A DNA stretch of 64,000 nt from Marsupella aquatica (lineage: Eukaryota; Plantae; Marchantiophyta). The notes under the pieces are model-generated. The model was not told where the DNA came from, made no database searches, and saw only the letters and a list, made by a program, of their open reading frames with translations. The DNA is taken from contig OZ316897.1 in the NCBI GenBank assembly GCA_973895155.1, positions 13,453,375 through 13,517,374 of the forward strand, written 5' to 3'. Numbering within the stretch: the first letter of the stretch is position 1; each line of letters opens with the position of its first letter. The translations under genes were made by a program, and so were the position numbers. Shown one piece after another: positions 47,751 through 62,300 of the stretch.

Positions 47751-49036
47751 CTAAATAGGAGACTCATGATATCGCTTAACCCAGAATCCATTGATTCGGG
47801 TGTCAAGTGGGTGACCGTCTAAGGTAGTCAAGGACACCGAACCGTTAGCCCAAATTTGGGTAACTCGATAAGGACCAATCCAATGGGTATGGAGTTTCCC
47901 AGGAAATAACATATAACGGGAATCAAAGACTAATGCTAAATCGCCAACATCTAAATTCACTACTCGCAGCTTTTGATCATAAACAAGCTTACGCTTGTTC
48001 TGAATTGTAGCTGTATGGTCTAATGCTAAAAGTTGAACTTCTTCTAATTTGACAATATCAGAAAACCTATGTGGGAGACTAGCCGTTGGAGAGAGACGGT
48101 TGGATACCAAGAGTCGTTCTGTCGGGAAGGAGAATTCAACAGGAATAATACTGTCCAGGCCATAAGTTAGGTAGAAGGGAGTGTGAAGGGTTGTAATGTT
48201 CTCGGCAATACGGTAAGCCCATAATGTAGAATGTAACTTCACATCCCAGTCTGTCTTGTGAGACTCCACCAACTTATTCAGGATCTTGCCCATAATACCA
48301 TTAGCTCTTTCCGTTAAGCCATTAGCTCTGGGGTTGTAAGGAGTAGTTTTGCGATGCTTGATAAGATATGTGTCAGTAATTAACTCAATAGTTGAGTTAA
48401 GAAAATGCAAACCCCTATCGCTTACCAACTCCAAAGGACACCCGAACCAAGTAATAATGTGCTCAAAGAGAAAGGCAGCCGCTGTTGTAGCATCATTCTT
48501 GCGAGTAGCTTTAGCCTCCACCCATTTGGTGGCATAATCAGTGGCCAGAATAATGTATTTACTTCGGATTTTTTGAGCTGCTGGTGAAATTGGGCCAATA
48601 AAATCAATACCCCATTTCTCAAATGGTGCCAAAGGCAGGATGGGCGTAAGAGGCCATTTGGAACTAGCAGTGGGTTTGCCTATTCTTTGACAGGGGTCAC
48701 ACGTCTTAATAAAATTGTAAGTATCTCTATGCATGGTAGGCCACCAGTACCCAGCATCCAAAATTTCTTTACAGTAGTATTGACAGCATAATGGCCACCT
48801 GTTTCTCCAGAATGTAAAGCTTCAATTACTTGTGGGAGTTCCCTGTTCTTCAGACATCGTCGCATCCTCTGATCAGGACCTTGTTTAAACAAAGTGCCGT
48901 GGATGATAGTATAAGGCCCCACCTTATGTGCAAAAACCCCTCGTTCTTCCGCATTAAGGCCTTCAGGAAACCTACCATGAATCAACATGTGCATAATATC
49001 GAAATACCGTGAAGACTCTCCTTCAATGTGCCACAA
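47751..49036 (-). pseudogene. Gypsy integrase (HHCC, D,D35E core, GPY/F), frameshifted
   Basis: LHSGETGGHY...CDPCQR; WGIDFIGP, DYATKWVEA, VSDRGLHF, NGLTERAN and WIGPYRV. Confidence 0.93.
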
Positions 49037-49039
49037 ATG

Positions 49040-50640
49040 CTCATCTGGGAATTCATCAAAAAGATTATGCTGATTCTTTGGCTCGGGTAAGCGAGATAAG
49101 AAATCGGCATTTTCATGATGCTTGCCAGGTCATACCTAAACTTCATAATCGAATTCCTAGAGTAATAAAACCCATTGCGCTACTCGTCCTGAGAGATCCA
49201 CTTGGTTAACCAAGTACTTCAAGGAATTATGATCAGTGTGAAATATCATCTGACACCCCAGTAAATAGTGCCAAAACTTCTTGCAAGCAAACACAATAGC
49301 AAGAGCTTCACGTTCCGTGACTGAGTAATTTTTCTCTGTTGCACTCATTTGGCGACTGGCATAATAAATTGGGTGATCCCGATTCTCAGGATCTTTTTGA
49401 CTAAGATTAGCACCAATATAGAAGGCAGAATAATCAATGAAGACATGAAACTTCTTAGTCCAATCCGGGGGTGACAGAATAGGTGCAGAGATTAACCGAT
49501 CTTTGAGCAACTGGATTGCCTGCTGCCGATCCTCATTCCACGCATATTCCACATTGTTTTTTAACAAGTGGGTTAAGGAAAAAGCAATATCACCATGTCT
49601 ATAAATAAATTGACGATAGTATCCCACATGCCCCAGGAAAGCACGAAGTTGCTTCAAATCAGCTGGTGGTTGTAACTCCACAATCACCCTAACTTTATCC
49701 TTATCAACTTCTATGCCGCGTTGCAAAATAACATGGCCTAGCAAGATTCCCTCTTTCATGCCAATGAAACACTTTTCTGGGTGTAGACAAAGTTGGGCCT
49801 CTCTGCACTTCCAAAATGTCTTTTCTAAATGCACCATGTGTTCAGCAGCCGATCCATAAACACAGAAGTCATCAATAAAAATCTCCATGAAATGCCGCAA
49901 ATACTCCTGAAAAATAATCATCATAATGCGCTGGAAGGTACCCGGGGCATTACACAGACCAAAAGGCATCATGGTAAACGCATACGTGCCCCAGTCAGTG
50001 GTGAACGTAGTCTTGTCAGGGTCTTCCTTTCGTATGGACACCTGGTTATAACCAGAGTACCCATCTAAGAAACTGTACAGCTCATGAAGAGCCACCGAAT
50101 CAAGTACCAAATCGATAAATGGCAAAGGATAATGATCTTTTTGAGTGGCAGCGTTCAGTTTCCGAAAGTCTTGACAAACTCAAATTTTTGTTTTACCATC
50201 TGGCCCTGGCTTCTTGGGAACAATGACTATTGGTGAGACCCATTCACTACTCAGGACTAGATAGATAAATCCAGCAGCAGTGAGCTTGTCTAGCTCTTCT
50301 TTGACTAGAATGGAATACTTGGGGTTCAAACAGTACTGCCTCTAACGGGCCGGTACTGCTCCTTCCATGAGATCAATGCGATGTTCTCCTAAATGTGGAT
50401 GGATACCTTTTAAGTCGGAGTGACTCCAAGCGAAGACATCTTTATACTGGGTCAATAAACTGATATACTGTTCCCGCAGCTTCCCTTGGATGTGTTTACC
50501 AATATTCAAAAACTTGTCTGGCTCAATTTTAACCTTCTGACACGCCTTAGCATCCACAATTCCATCTGTGAGATTTTCCGGCTGAAGTTCAAGTTTGGAT
50601 ATTTCCGGTTCAGATGGCCCAGGGGTGGACGTCATTCGTA
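49040..50640 (-). pseudogene. Gypsy reverse transcriptase / RNase H
   Basis: DVFAWS, DFRKLN, SFLDGYSGYNQ, MPFGLCNAPGTFQR, FIDDF, YYASR..S..EKNYS.TEREALA and TDHNSLKYL. Confidence 0.93.
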
Positions 50641-50722
50641 TACCATGGCTAGGGCTTTCAGTAACATTCGTAACAGGAGGGCTGGCTACTGCTGAACAAG
50701 ATTCCGATGTGGGAGTTAATTG

Positions 50723-51300
50723 TCAGGAGGGCCTGGTCGCGGTAATAGGGGTGTCTGACAGAAAAACCTCTAAGTAACAAACTTCCTCAAATTTGAATTC
50801 TAGTGGCTGCAAGACAAGCGAAGAGGTCAAAAAATCTGAAGTGTACCCATCATCCGTTTGTGTTTCTCCAAAATGTGGTTCCGGAATCCAACTAACAGTC
50901 ACCTTAGGCTTCCCAAATGACAGTTCTTGGGATTGCCAATTGACTTGCACTTGAGCTTTGTATAACCAAGGCCGGCCCAACAGAACAGGAAAGCTGGAAG
51001 GTATTTCCGGATTAATGACCACATAGTCCAAAAGAAAAGGAACACCAGCAATCAAAGTTTCCACTTGGCTCAACTTCCCAACCGGAACAACACGAGACTG
51101 ATCTGCCTTGCGCAAAAATTTTGGTGTGGGCTCAAACTTGGTGAACGTACCCCAGATTAAACGCCACGGGCTGAGTAATCAGATTAACACTGGCTCCCCC
51201 ATCCACAAGAACTCTCCTGATGACACACCCCTGAATTTGGACCTCAATTTCCATGGGTCCTTTATCCTCCCCTTCCGTTCGTAGTACATCTACAAAAGGT
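50723..51300 (-). pseudogene. Gypsy pol aspartic protease (frameshifted)
   Basis: VLVDGGASVNLI ... ADQSRVVPVG ... VLLGRPWL. Confidence 0.88.
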
Positions 51301-51450
51301 AATTTCTTCTTCCTTCGTTTTCCTGCTAGTAGTCCTCTCAGTTGCCGTCGATAAATTGGGTTATCCTGCAATAGTTCCCCAATGGTGATACGAGTAGGAT
51401 GATTCCTGACATCTTCCACAATATTATAACCTGGATTTTTCAGTGGTGCC

Positions 51451-53758
51451 TTAGCTTCTACTACCAATGGCGGATCTGGGGGCCTCTCTTGCTCCTTGAC
51501 TAGCTCCTCCAGGTGGTCTTTCACCTCCAAAGAGATATTTGGTAAGAAGTACTTTTGGATCATATCTATCATAAGCAGGGTCGTCTTCTTTTGGCAGTCC
51601 TTCCTCACATGGCAAGCGCTTATTATTCTTGGAAGCTTTTGAGACCTTTTGATGCTCATGCTTCTTGGATTCCTTTTTCTTCGAACGAGTAGTTGCAAAG
51701 ATATTAGTCAGAACTCTATCCCTGATCTGGACTCGGTCATTTGGCATACCAACTACTTCAGGTTTCACCAAATGACTCACCAGAACATCCGGCACTACCC
51801 TTGATACGGGCTGGTGAAACAGGGAGTCTGGCTTTAATTCCACCCGATTTATATCCATATGTTGAATAAAGTTACACTGCTCCACCTCTTCACAATAAAC
51901 CATTCGGACTTTAGCTTCAGGCCGACTTGCTTCTTTAACTGGTTCTTGAGCAAATTGAACCATCAGTCTAGGTTTAGCCGGATTTGGGCATTCCACAGGT
52001 AGGTGTCCTTCCTTCCCACAGTTCCCACAAACAGGGGTATAACCCACTTCTTGCTTAGGATAAGGACACTGTGGAGAATAATGGTCGGGTTGCCCACAAT
52101 TCCAGCAAGCCCCTTTTTGACGCGGCACTCCCCTAGGTGGATATCCTCCTGGTGGTCCCATTGGTGGTCTTGGTACTGGTCTATTGAAGGCGGTCTTAGG
52201 CGGTCCCCAATTCGCCATGGGAGGTGGAGCTGGCGGAAAGTACTGTCCGGTGGGTGTTGTTTGGACAGTATATGCGGGGTCATACTCATACTTCTCAACC
52301 TCCTCCTGACCATCTACATAATTCACAGGAAGTCACAATGTGGGACACTCATTCGGATAATGGCCCTTATGGCTGCATCGGGTACACCATACATTCATTC
52401 TCATGGGAGGTGGCAGCCTCCGTACGGGTTTCATGGCTGCAATATTGATATTTAATTTGGACAATTGGCCAGAGAGTTCTTCCATCATGCGATCCATTTT
52501 CTTCTGGTTGGGGCTTTTGCCCTTCACCTTGGTGGGGGCCTTCCTCTTTTTAGGGGCAGTGGGTTCTGAATCAGAACTTGAGCTCGAACTATCACTGGTA
52601 CTCAAGTTCGTACTCTTATCATCCTCACTAGTGCTGCTTTCACTCGATTCTTCCTCTGAGTCAGATTTAGACCTTGCCCGTTTCTTCTTCTTCCGTTTGT
52701 CTTTCTTCAGATCCTTCTTAACTCGCTTTCTCTCAGAAATTTCTGAGTCCACATACTTCTGGGCTGCCTCTTGTACCTTTTCCAGAGTTGTGCTGCCTTC
52801 TCTTCTCACATAACGGGCAATCCTGGAGGGTAAATCATTGATAAACCAGTCTTTAATAGTAGACTTCGAGGTTGTTGGGTTATATTGATCTACCAGATCC
52901 AATAATTTATCAGCGTATTTCCTCACAGACCCATGTTTTTTCATGTGGAGATGCGAGATTCAAGCAAAGGCACGTGCAACTGCCCCCTCTTCTTTATATT
53001 TGGCCAAGAAGGCAGCCTTCAATTTTCCCCAATCCTGCTTGTCCGGGAAACGGTCATACCATTTTTGAGCCCCCTTCTTCATCAATCCACCAAACAGATT
53101 GGCCTTTTCAACATCTTGGCTCTGTCCATTGGATGTTGCTGCAGCCTCAAACTCTTTTAAATACACCTCTACGTCCTCTTTGGAGGTACCAAAGAACCGG
53201 TCGTATCGCATATTATTACGAGCCATCGTGGCTGGAGCTACGGGTAGAGTTGAGCGGGTAGCAAAAGGTAAAGTGAGCGGTGTAGCAAAAGGGTTCGGGC
53301 TACCTAAGCCTGAACTGCTGCTGCTTGTCTCACTAGAGGACGAACCCCCAGTTTCACCCAGTGAGTCTGCATTATCCAACTTGGGACAACGATTCTGCAA
53401 TTGTGCTCTCGGAAATGTGAGAGGAAGGTTCTTCGACTACACTCCCTTTTCCAGAGTTAATTCGGCTTGAGGAACGACCAGTCCTTTGGTGGAGGCTGGT
53501 CTTTCATGATCCGACCAATTTTGGGCCTGAACAAAGGTTTACAAACAGAGGTCGTGATGACGTAGGACTTCCCACCGAGCCACTTGGTATTGCTTCCTGA
53601 ATAGATCTTACCTGCTTCCACACACTCCCAGGTGCAGGTGCTCCTGGTGATTGCAACTCGGGTATCAATGTTCGAGGAGTTGCTGCTGATCTTGTGGCAT
53701 CCGAATTGCTGGAGGTCCTGGCAAGTTTTTCCTTATTTGGTGGATCTCCTTCAGACAT
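51451..53758 (-). pseudogene. Gypsy gag with three CCHC zinc knuckles
   Basis: FFGTSKEDVEVYLKEF...AQKWY...WGKLKAAFLAKY; knuckles CTRCSHKGHYPNEC, CWNCGQPDHYSPQC and CGNCGKEGHLPVEC. In-frame stops at 52960 and 52333. Confidence 0.85.
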
Positions 53759-54679
53759 ACCTCATCCTCCAAACAGGTGTGGTACTCAGAGCCAAGAAGC
53801 ATTCTCAACGGACTTATTTGTGGTTGGCCCAGATTAGGAATCGATGTTGTCTCTCTAGTTCAGGAGGTGCATCCCACTTCCATTCTCGAGGCGTCCCTCA
53901 ACAGCTTCGTTCAACATCCCCTTCATAACACTAGAAGAAAACCTGTGTTTTACTACTACAGGCCCTGCAACTACTTTGCCTAAATAACTCATACGTGGTG
54001 CCAACCACTGTTTTTTTAATGGGTTGTAATAATCTGCATTTTATGACTCTACTTAGAACTATGTTACCTTAATCACTGATTACAACTCTTTATTTTGCCA
54101 CTAAAACTTAGATCACTTGAATTAGAGTTGTATATTACACAAATTTGCAAATCACTACAATCCACCATGCACTACATCATCGATGTTTACAACTCTATTT
54201 TCAACTAAGATTTTACTACTGGCCGAAACCACTACAAATACAAGTACCACCAATATTTGAATGGTAAAGGTGTTCTTTCCACCAACTCCCAATCAAGTGA
54301 ATCTTTTCCAAGTGATCTTAATACTTGAAATAATGTCATTTGTGAGCACATATTTTGTTACTATAAATATCACCAATAGTGGAGTCACAAATGAATGTTG
54401 GCAAAATCACTTAAAATATTTTAGTGACAATGAAATTCTTACAAACAACTTAAGATTAAGTGAATTAATTGTCACTGTCCAATTAAATACATGTTGCAAC
54501 TACAAACGCCACCAACATTAGAGTGTCAAAATAGTTTTGACAAATGACGTACTGAAAATTGAATGGATTATTTTGTGATGTCCAAAACCTCTCCCAATAA
54601 TGTCATTATCAACACACATTTTCAGTCAAGATATGCATGCCACCGGAATTACAGCGACAAACAATTTTTTTTCTTCAAA

Positions 54680-57260
54680 TTGTACCCAAATCACTACAGA
54701 ACAGGTGGTTTGAGGGTTTTGGGCACCTGTCACTTGAAATACCACCATGTTTTGAGTTGGGAAAGTTATGTGTTTGAACTTGCAATCAAGTGCATTGGTA
54801 AGTACCAGCCCAAACCACTTAACATAAGGTCCTTTCGGGCTCTCATTTTCTTGCAACTACAAAATGCACCCATATTTGAGTGATGCAACACACATTGGTG
54901 CGACCACTTGCCATGAACTAGTGCTAAAAGGAGTGAATTGTGTGGACACATCACATAAGCCCCATATTTGTAATTCCGTAGAGTCTTGGAGTGATTTGTG
55001 TGGAGTTCATGACGTTGCATCACTTGGGTGCCTCAAATCTCTCCACCTTGGCAATTTATGCGTCACAACCTCATTGTCGTTGCTATAACTAGTGGGCACA
55101 CATGATGGGGGTGTCCCATGGCTTCACCATGGGGGGGCTAACACAGAGGAATTGTTATGGCGGTGGGCCCAACCCTCCTCCTTTAATGATGGCCCTCCGA
55201 GAATTGCGGCAAGGTGGATCCACTTCTCATTATCCATTGTAAGTTTGTCACTCCGGAAACCACTCAAAACAATGTGCTTCAAAGCCCTCATTTCTAGCGA
55301 CTAACATTGTCACTCAAGCTGGGGTGGTACATCACGGATCCTTCTAGTCCTAGGGTGATTGTTGTTCCCAAACCATTACAAATGAGGTGGTTTTAGGGTT
55401 TAGGACAAATGCAACTTAAGATACCACCGTTATTTGAGTTGAGAAGTAAATTGGGTGCGAACACTTGCAATGAAGTGTATTTATATGTACACGCCCAATT
55501 GACTCAAAAAAGGTCCTTTTAGGCCCTCGCCTTTTGGCGACTACAAATTGCACCCGTATTACAGTCATGCAACACACTTTGGTGCGACCACTTACCATGA
55601 ACTAGTGCTAAAAGGAGTGAATTGTGTGGACACATTACATAAGCTCCATATTTGTAATTCCGTAGAGTGTTGGAGTGATTTGTGTGGAGTTCATGATGTT
55701 CCATCACTTGTGTGCCTCAAATCTCTCCACCTTGGCATTTTGTGCGTCACAACCTCATTGTCGTTGCTATAACTAGTTGGCACACGTGATGGGGGTGTCC
55801 CATGGCTTCACCATGGGGGCGCTAACATGGAAGAATTGTTATGGCGGTGGACCCAACCCTCCTCCTTTAATCGTGGCCCTCTGAGAATTGACGCAAGGTG
55901 GATCCACTTATCATTATCCATGTAAGTTTGTCACTCCCGAAATCACTAAAAACCATGTTCTTTAGAGCCCTCATTACCAACGACTAAAACTATCACTCAA
56001 GCTTGGGTGGTATAGAACGGATTATTCCAAACCACTTCTCATGAAGTGATAATCCAAGGGTGATGGTTGTGCTCAAACTACTACAAAAGAGGTGGTTTTA
56101 GGGTTGAGGGCACATGCAACTTGAGATACCACCGTGTTTTGAGTTGGGAAGTAGATTGGGCGCCAACACTTGCAATGAAGTGCATTTGTATGTACCAGCC
56201 CAAACCACTTGACATAAGGTCCTTTCGGGCCCTTGCCTTTTTGCGACTACAAATTGCACCGGTATTTGAGTGATGCAACACACATTGGTGCAACCACTTG
56301 CCATGAAAGGAGTGAATTGTGTGGACGCATCACATAAGCTCCATATTTGTAATTCCGTAGAGTCTTGGAGTGATTTGTGTGGAGTTCATGATGTTCCATC
56401 ACTTGTGTGCCTCAAATCTCTCCACCTTGGCATTTTGTGCATCACATTTGTATTGCCGTTGCTATAACTAGTTGGCACACGTGATGGGGGTGACCCACTA
56501 CTTTACCATGGGGGGGCTAACACGAAGGAATTATTAGGGCGGCGGGCTAAACCCCCCTCCTTTAATCGTGGCCCTCCGAGAATTGCCACAAAGTAGATCC
56601 TATTCTCATTATGCATTGTAAGTTAGTCACTCCCCGAATCACTGGAAACTATGTTCTTCAAAGCCCTCACTCTAGCGACTAACATTGTCACTCAAGTTGG
56701 GGTGGTACATCACGCATTCCTCCAAACAACATCTCATGAAGTGGTACGTAGTCCTAGGGTGACTGTCATTCCCATACCACTACAAATGAGGTGGTTTTAG
56801 GGTTTAGGGCAAATGCCACTTTTGATACCACCATTATTTGAGTGGAGAAGTAAACTGGTTGTGAACACTTGCAATAATGTGCATTCTTATGTGTCTGCCC
56901 AAATTGCTGCAAATGAGGTTCTTTGGAGCCCTCACCTTATGCTACTACAAATTCCACCCTTAATCTTGGCCCTCCCATAATTGCCACAAGGTAGATCACC
57001 TTCTCATTGTGCATTGTAAGTTTTTGACTCGGAAAACCACTCCAAACAATGTACTTCAAAGCCCTCATTCCTAGCTACTCAAACTATCACTCAAACTGGG
57101 GTGGTACCAACAGGTACCAACACTACTCTTAATGGGGTGGTTTGAAACCCTCACCGATAAGCAACTTAATATACCACCTTGATTTGAGTAGGAAAGTAAC
57201 TTGGGTGTACTACTTATGATTAAGTGCATATTTCTAAACACATGCCCAAACTACTACAAA
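54680..57260. repeat. ~680-705-bp tandem repeat (three full units plus one partial) inside the CACTA
   Basis: Unit starts (..CTACAAA.GAGGTGGTTTTAGGGTT) at ~54687, 55368, 56073 and 56773. Long near-identical blocks such as GGAGTGAATTGTGTGGAC... Confidence 0.9.
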
Positions 57261-59396
57261 AAGGGGATAGATGTAACTTCTATTATCACCCATTGTTCTT
57301 TGAGGCAACTCGCATTGAAGTGGCATTGTTAGAGCTGGTGAACACCACAAAGAATTAGGTGCATTTTTCCAACTGAGGTGAGCGTATGGAATCTCTAAGC
57401 AGATTATGGCCTTCTTTTCATACTAATTTAAACAATGTTTATAATAACATATAGGTTTAGGTTGTATGACATAAAGCCCTTCTTTGGAGGGGCATTATAT
57501 CCCACAATCCCATATCCAACACATTAGGGTGAGTCAAATTTGATGAGTTTTAATTTTGGCCGTCCTTGTAGAGGGTATGACCATTACGGCGTGGCCAAAT
57601 CGAAAGCCATCGGTAGTAATATTGAAGCTTAGAGACATGGAGTTATGAAAAATGTAAAAGCTTGTGTCAAGTTTCTTTTTTATGAATTAAGCCTTGATTG
57701 AAGGCCATCCAAAAATCTTGGGTTATCACACCCTACCCCCATGCCTACGGTTCAGATCACCTAATACCCTTGCTAATACCCAAGGGCAACCTATTACCGT
57801 TTGATGTCAACCGTAAGTTTCCCGCGGACGGTGTTGTTTTACGCGCCCTAGGTTTTGGATACCATTTACACAGAGAATCATCGAGTAAGCTGCCAATGTT
57901 TTGGTTTTCAGCATTGTGCGAAGAAGATACCGTCAGGGCGAGAGACTTTGTGCAGTGTGAGGCACTGCGTTTTCCGCACCAGAGCTTTCAAAGTAGGGTT
58001 GTCGATTGATGTTTGCGGATTTGGTGACGGGGAGTGCGGAGCTGCGATTTGTGGGAGCAAGTTTCGGTGTGCGTAGGCTTTGACATTTTGAGAAGGGAGC
58101 TGAAAATCCTCTGTTGTTCGACGTCAGTGTGGAAGGGAGCTGAAATCGCAAGGTGAGATGCTAACCCAAGCGCAAGTGTTCACCTTTCTTGAATCGATGT
58201 TGGGAGGTGTTAGGATTTTCTGAAGAAACCCGCAAGTGTTCAACCATTACACTGCATTGGCAATGCAATAGAGGTTCGCTACAAGCTTTGACCTGCTCAG
58301 CTGAATTTGCAATGCTGTTACGAGCCTTTAGTGACCTGAACTGAGCCGACACCTATTGGTTTGCTTTTCGTTGTGCTGCAAGGTTAGCGGATTTGTGGAT
58401 TGTAGTGCGCCTACTGTCATTGCGCACCGATTGAGTTGCTTTCATTTGCATTGAGATTGAGATTGAGATTGAGATTGACCTATGCTAACATTGCTACGTT
58501 GGGCATTTGTGAGATGCGACTTGCAGTGTGAGGCGCAACAACATTAGTTTTAGGAGGCGCAGCAACCTCAATTTGAGGCTCAGGCCTTGACATGCGACTT
58601 GCAGCAGTTTCAGGAGGCGCAGCAAGATCAGTTTCAGGAGGTGACTTGAGATGCGACTTGCTGCTGCTGATCAAGTTTGAGACTTAATAGTGAGTTTAAA
58701 TTCTGTTGCAACCTTTGAGTTGGGCTACATTTGTAATGCTGCAAGGTTTGAGGTGACCTATACTCAATTGAAGCCTGCCAACTGCTACGATGGTCAGTTC
58801 ACTTGCGCTGCAAATTGCTGTGAGTTTTACTAGCTACAACTTAATTAAAATTTGTTATATAGGTGTTTGAGTGATCAACGATTGATTGACTTGCGATGCT
58901 CACGCAAAATGCAGTACCATAGACAGATTGGCCGTAGTAAGTTAATGTCGATTTGGCCCAGACTTCAGAGCTTCGTGATGAATTTCATGATTCCGGCATC
59001 CCAGGCAAAGGGCGGCAGCGGAACAATGCTCCAAATCCAATCTTGCCTGATCACTTGAGTCCATGATGGACCTGACGAGAGTCTCACCTCATCTCCTAAG
59101 CAAAAAGGTGTAGTATACAGCAATCCTATTCTCATGTTTTAGCTCTATCTTTCTATAATATTGCACTACTGATCATGTATGATATTTGGTTGGCTGGCAT
59201 GGATTCACAATCAGAAAAGAAATGATCTACATCACATTGAAGAGTTTCCCACATGAGTTTTTCTCATTCAACCTTGGAGCAAGTATGTGGAGCGCCATGC
59301 AGTGAAGAAAGCCTGTGCTATTTGGCTCAGTCTTTGTGGACAGTAGGTGAGTCTTGGGATTCACTGGTAGGATCATAGTTAAGAAAGAAAGTACCA

Positions 59397-62300
59397 ATGG
59401 ATACTCACGTCAATTTTTGTCAAATTCGAGGGTTGAGAAACCTGACAAGGAGCCCGGATGGCTTACTCCGGCGAGATGATAAGCTATGGCGACGCCAGGT
59501 TGCAGAGTGTAGAGCAGTCGGGACAACAAAGATAAAGTGTCCCTGCTTTGTTTGTAATGTAGAGGTAATAGAGTCAAACTAGCTACCGTGAGAAAACACT
59601 TAATTGCCCATTCGCGACACCCATCCCAAAGGCGCTGGTGGGGAGATGAGTGTGATTCGTCTGATGAAGAATGGAATGCAGGGGTATGTGATGGGACTAC
59701 TAACTTACGGGATAGGGCAAGAGGTAACTTCAGTGTAGAGCCAACTGCAGAGGGAGGTGATATACATGGTGACCTCCATATCCCTGAGATGTTGCAAGAT
59801 CTAGCTGGGCAGGGAATTTCCAATCCTGGCCCAACTATTGTAGAAGACCTGGGACCAGATGAAAATGTAGAGGAAGATAGAGAGGATCAATTCAACTTGG
59901 ATGATCTTCTTTCAGACATCAATGTTGCACCTGAAGAGCCAACACCAATGGTGTGGGATCAAGAATCAGAACAGAGAATGATGGACGCGTTTACAGAAGC
60001 ATGTTCACCTCTATATGAGGGATCTAATACTTCTCAATTGTCGTTTGTGTTGACATTTCTCAACACTTGCCACAACCATGGCTTTACCAACTCAGGCGTA
60101 AATGAGCTTCTTTCCTTGATGGCCAAACATCTGATGCCATCTACGCACTTACTTCCCAAGAACCTGTACGCATGCAAAAAACTCATTAGTTATGCAGGCT
60201 TGGATTATGTGAAAATTCATGCATGTGAGGATGGATGTGCATTATTCAGAAAGGAGCATTCAAACTTGGAGCACTGTCCGGAGTGTAAAAAACCCAGATA
60301 CAAGCAGGTTGGAAAATCCAAGCAACCAGTAAAAGTACTGTGGCATTTTCCGCTCATGCCTAGGCTAAGACGAATGTACAGGTGCAAGGCCATTTCTAAA
60401 CTTATGACATGGCATGGTGACAATAAGAGCACCGATGGGAAGGTTCGCCATGTTGCTGATTCAAAGGCTTGGAAAGAGATAGAGGTTGGGATTGATAGAA
60501 CTTTTGAACTAGAGCCTCGCAATGTCCATCTTGGATTAGCCTTAGATGGGGTTAATCCCTTTGGTGAGAATAATTTGAAGCATTCAACATGGCCGGTTGT
60601 ATTGCTAAATTATAATTTACCACCTTGGTTGTCAACAAAAAAGTTTTTCATCATGCTATCTTTGCTAATTCCAGGACCTGAAAGTGTGACTGATCGAAAC
60701 ATTGACATTTACTTGGCTCCATTGTTAGAGGAGTTAATCAAGCTATGGAAGGGAGTAAGGTGCTTTGATTCGCTAGATAGGCCTGGCAGGCAACAGTGGT
60801 TTAATCTTAGGGCTATTTTGTTGTGGACTATCAATGACTATCCAGCCTTAGGCTTGATAGTCAGGTGACAAAAGGTTACCATGGATGTGTAGTCTGTGGA
60901 CCTCATGTGACTGTTAGAAGGTCTGGGTCTCTTTCAAAGTGTGTGTATCCTGGTAGTCGAAGGTGGCTGGAAGAGAATCATAGGTATCTTACCCATAGTT
61001 ACGCAACCAAGTTTGATGGGAAGTGTGAGACACGTGGTCCTCCCCCAAGGATGACATGCACTGAAAAATTGACTTATGCTGCTGAAGTTGTTGAGTTTTT
61101 GAAAACCAATGGGGCTGTTCAAGGTCGCAAGAATTGCCCATCAAAACTACATGGAGTGAAGAGGAGACAAAATCTTGCAGAGCTGCCATATTGGAAGGTG
61201 AGGTAGTATTTCAATTTATTGTTCAATTCAATTAATCACTTTGATTGTTTAACCTATAATTTCTTTCAAGTTTGTGGCCAGTCAGAGTATTGTGTTGCAA
61301 CACGTTTAAACCGCAGCATGCAATTCAATCAACAACTGAGCAAGGGAAACTAATGCTAGGTCTTTGTGTGCAAAAATTATTGATCAACCATGTGCTTGAT
61401 CCGATGCACACAGAGAAAAACATAGCACAGAACTTGATCCAGACTTGTTGTGGGAAAAAAGATACTGCAACTGTTCGAAATGACATGGAGGCAGAAGGTG
61501 TTCATGAACAGCTTTGGATGAAGCCGCATCCAAACCAAAAGAAGGACCACTTTGTGAAACCAAAGGCGCCCTATGTCATGAGCAAACAAGAGTTACAACA
61601 GTTTCTTCTTACTCTGAAGAATTTGAAATATCCAACTGACTTTGGTAGCTCCTTAGCAAAATGTGTTAGAGAGAGCAACAAGTTGGCAGGGTTGAAGTCT
61701 CATGACTACCATTGTCTAATGCAGCAAATTCTACCTTTGGCATTGAAGGACCTCATGGCTACAGGACCTCGACTAGCTATTGTGAGTGTTTGTCGCATCT
61801 AGCGCAAAGTTTGCTGCAAGGTGTGGGACCCTGCCACAAAAGATGAACTAATGAAAGACGTGGCACATACTTTGTGTGCTTTGGAGATGCATTCCCCAGC
61901 ATCCCTGTTTGATGTCATGACGCATCTTATGATTCACATAGTTGAGGAGCTAGATATATGTGGGCCTGTTTCTCAGCGATGGATGTATCCCATCGAGCGT
62001 TACTTAAAAAATCTGAAGGGGTTTGTGAGGAATAGGGCACATCCAGAGGCATCAATGGCTGAAGGCTACATTCTAGAGGAGGCATTAGGATTTGTTACTG
62101 AGTATATGGTTGATTGCCAAGCTACTCAAAGACGTATTTGGGATTCTGAAGAGGAGGAGGGTGTGAAAGGTGTGATGCTTGAAGGGGCCTCATCTAAAGT
62201 GTTGTTAAGTGTTGAGGATCGAGATGCTGCTCATAAATATTACTTACAAAATAATGTGTTGGTAGCACCCTGGTTGAGGTAAGTACTGAAATATTTAAAT

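Larger units (their letters stand above)
43323..53928 (-). mobile_element. Non-chromovirus Ty3/gypsy retrotransposon with extra 3' ORFs; 3' LTR 43323-44570, 5' LTR displaced by the CACTA insertion
   Basis: gag-PR-RT-RH-INT order with no chromodomain. Minus-strand PPT AAGTGGAGGGCTA at 44571-44583 is followed by TGTGG. Confidence 0.9.

Noticed and set aside
54626-56467. Repeated short ORFs as a peptide gene family
   Set aside because: They track the 700-bp tandem repeat, with inconsistent frames between units.
55385-56815. Interstitial telomere
   Set aside because: At most two TTTAGGG units per site, embedded in a larger repeat.
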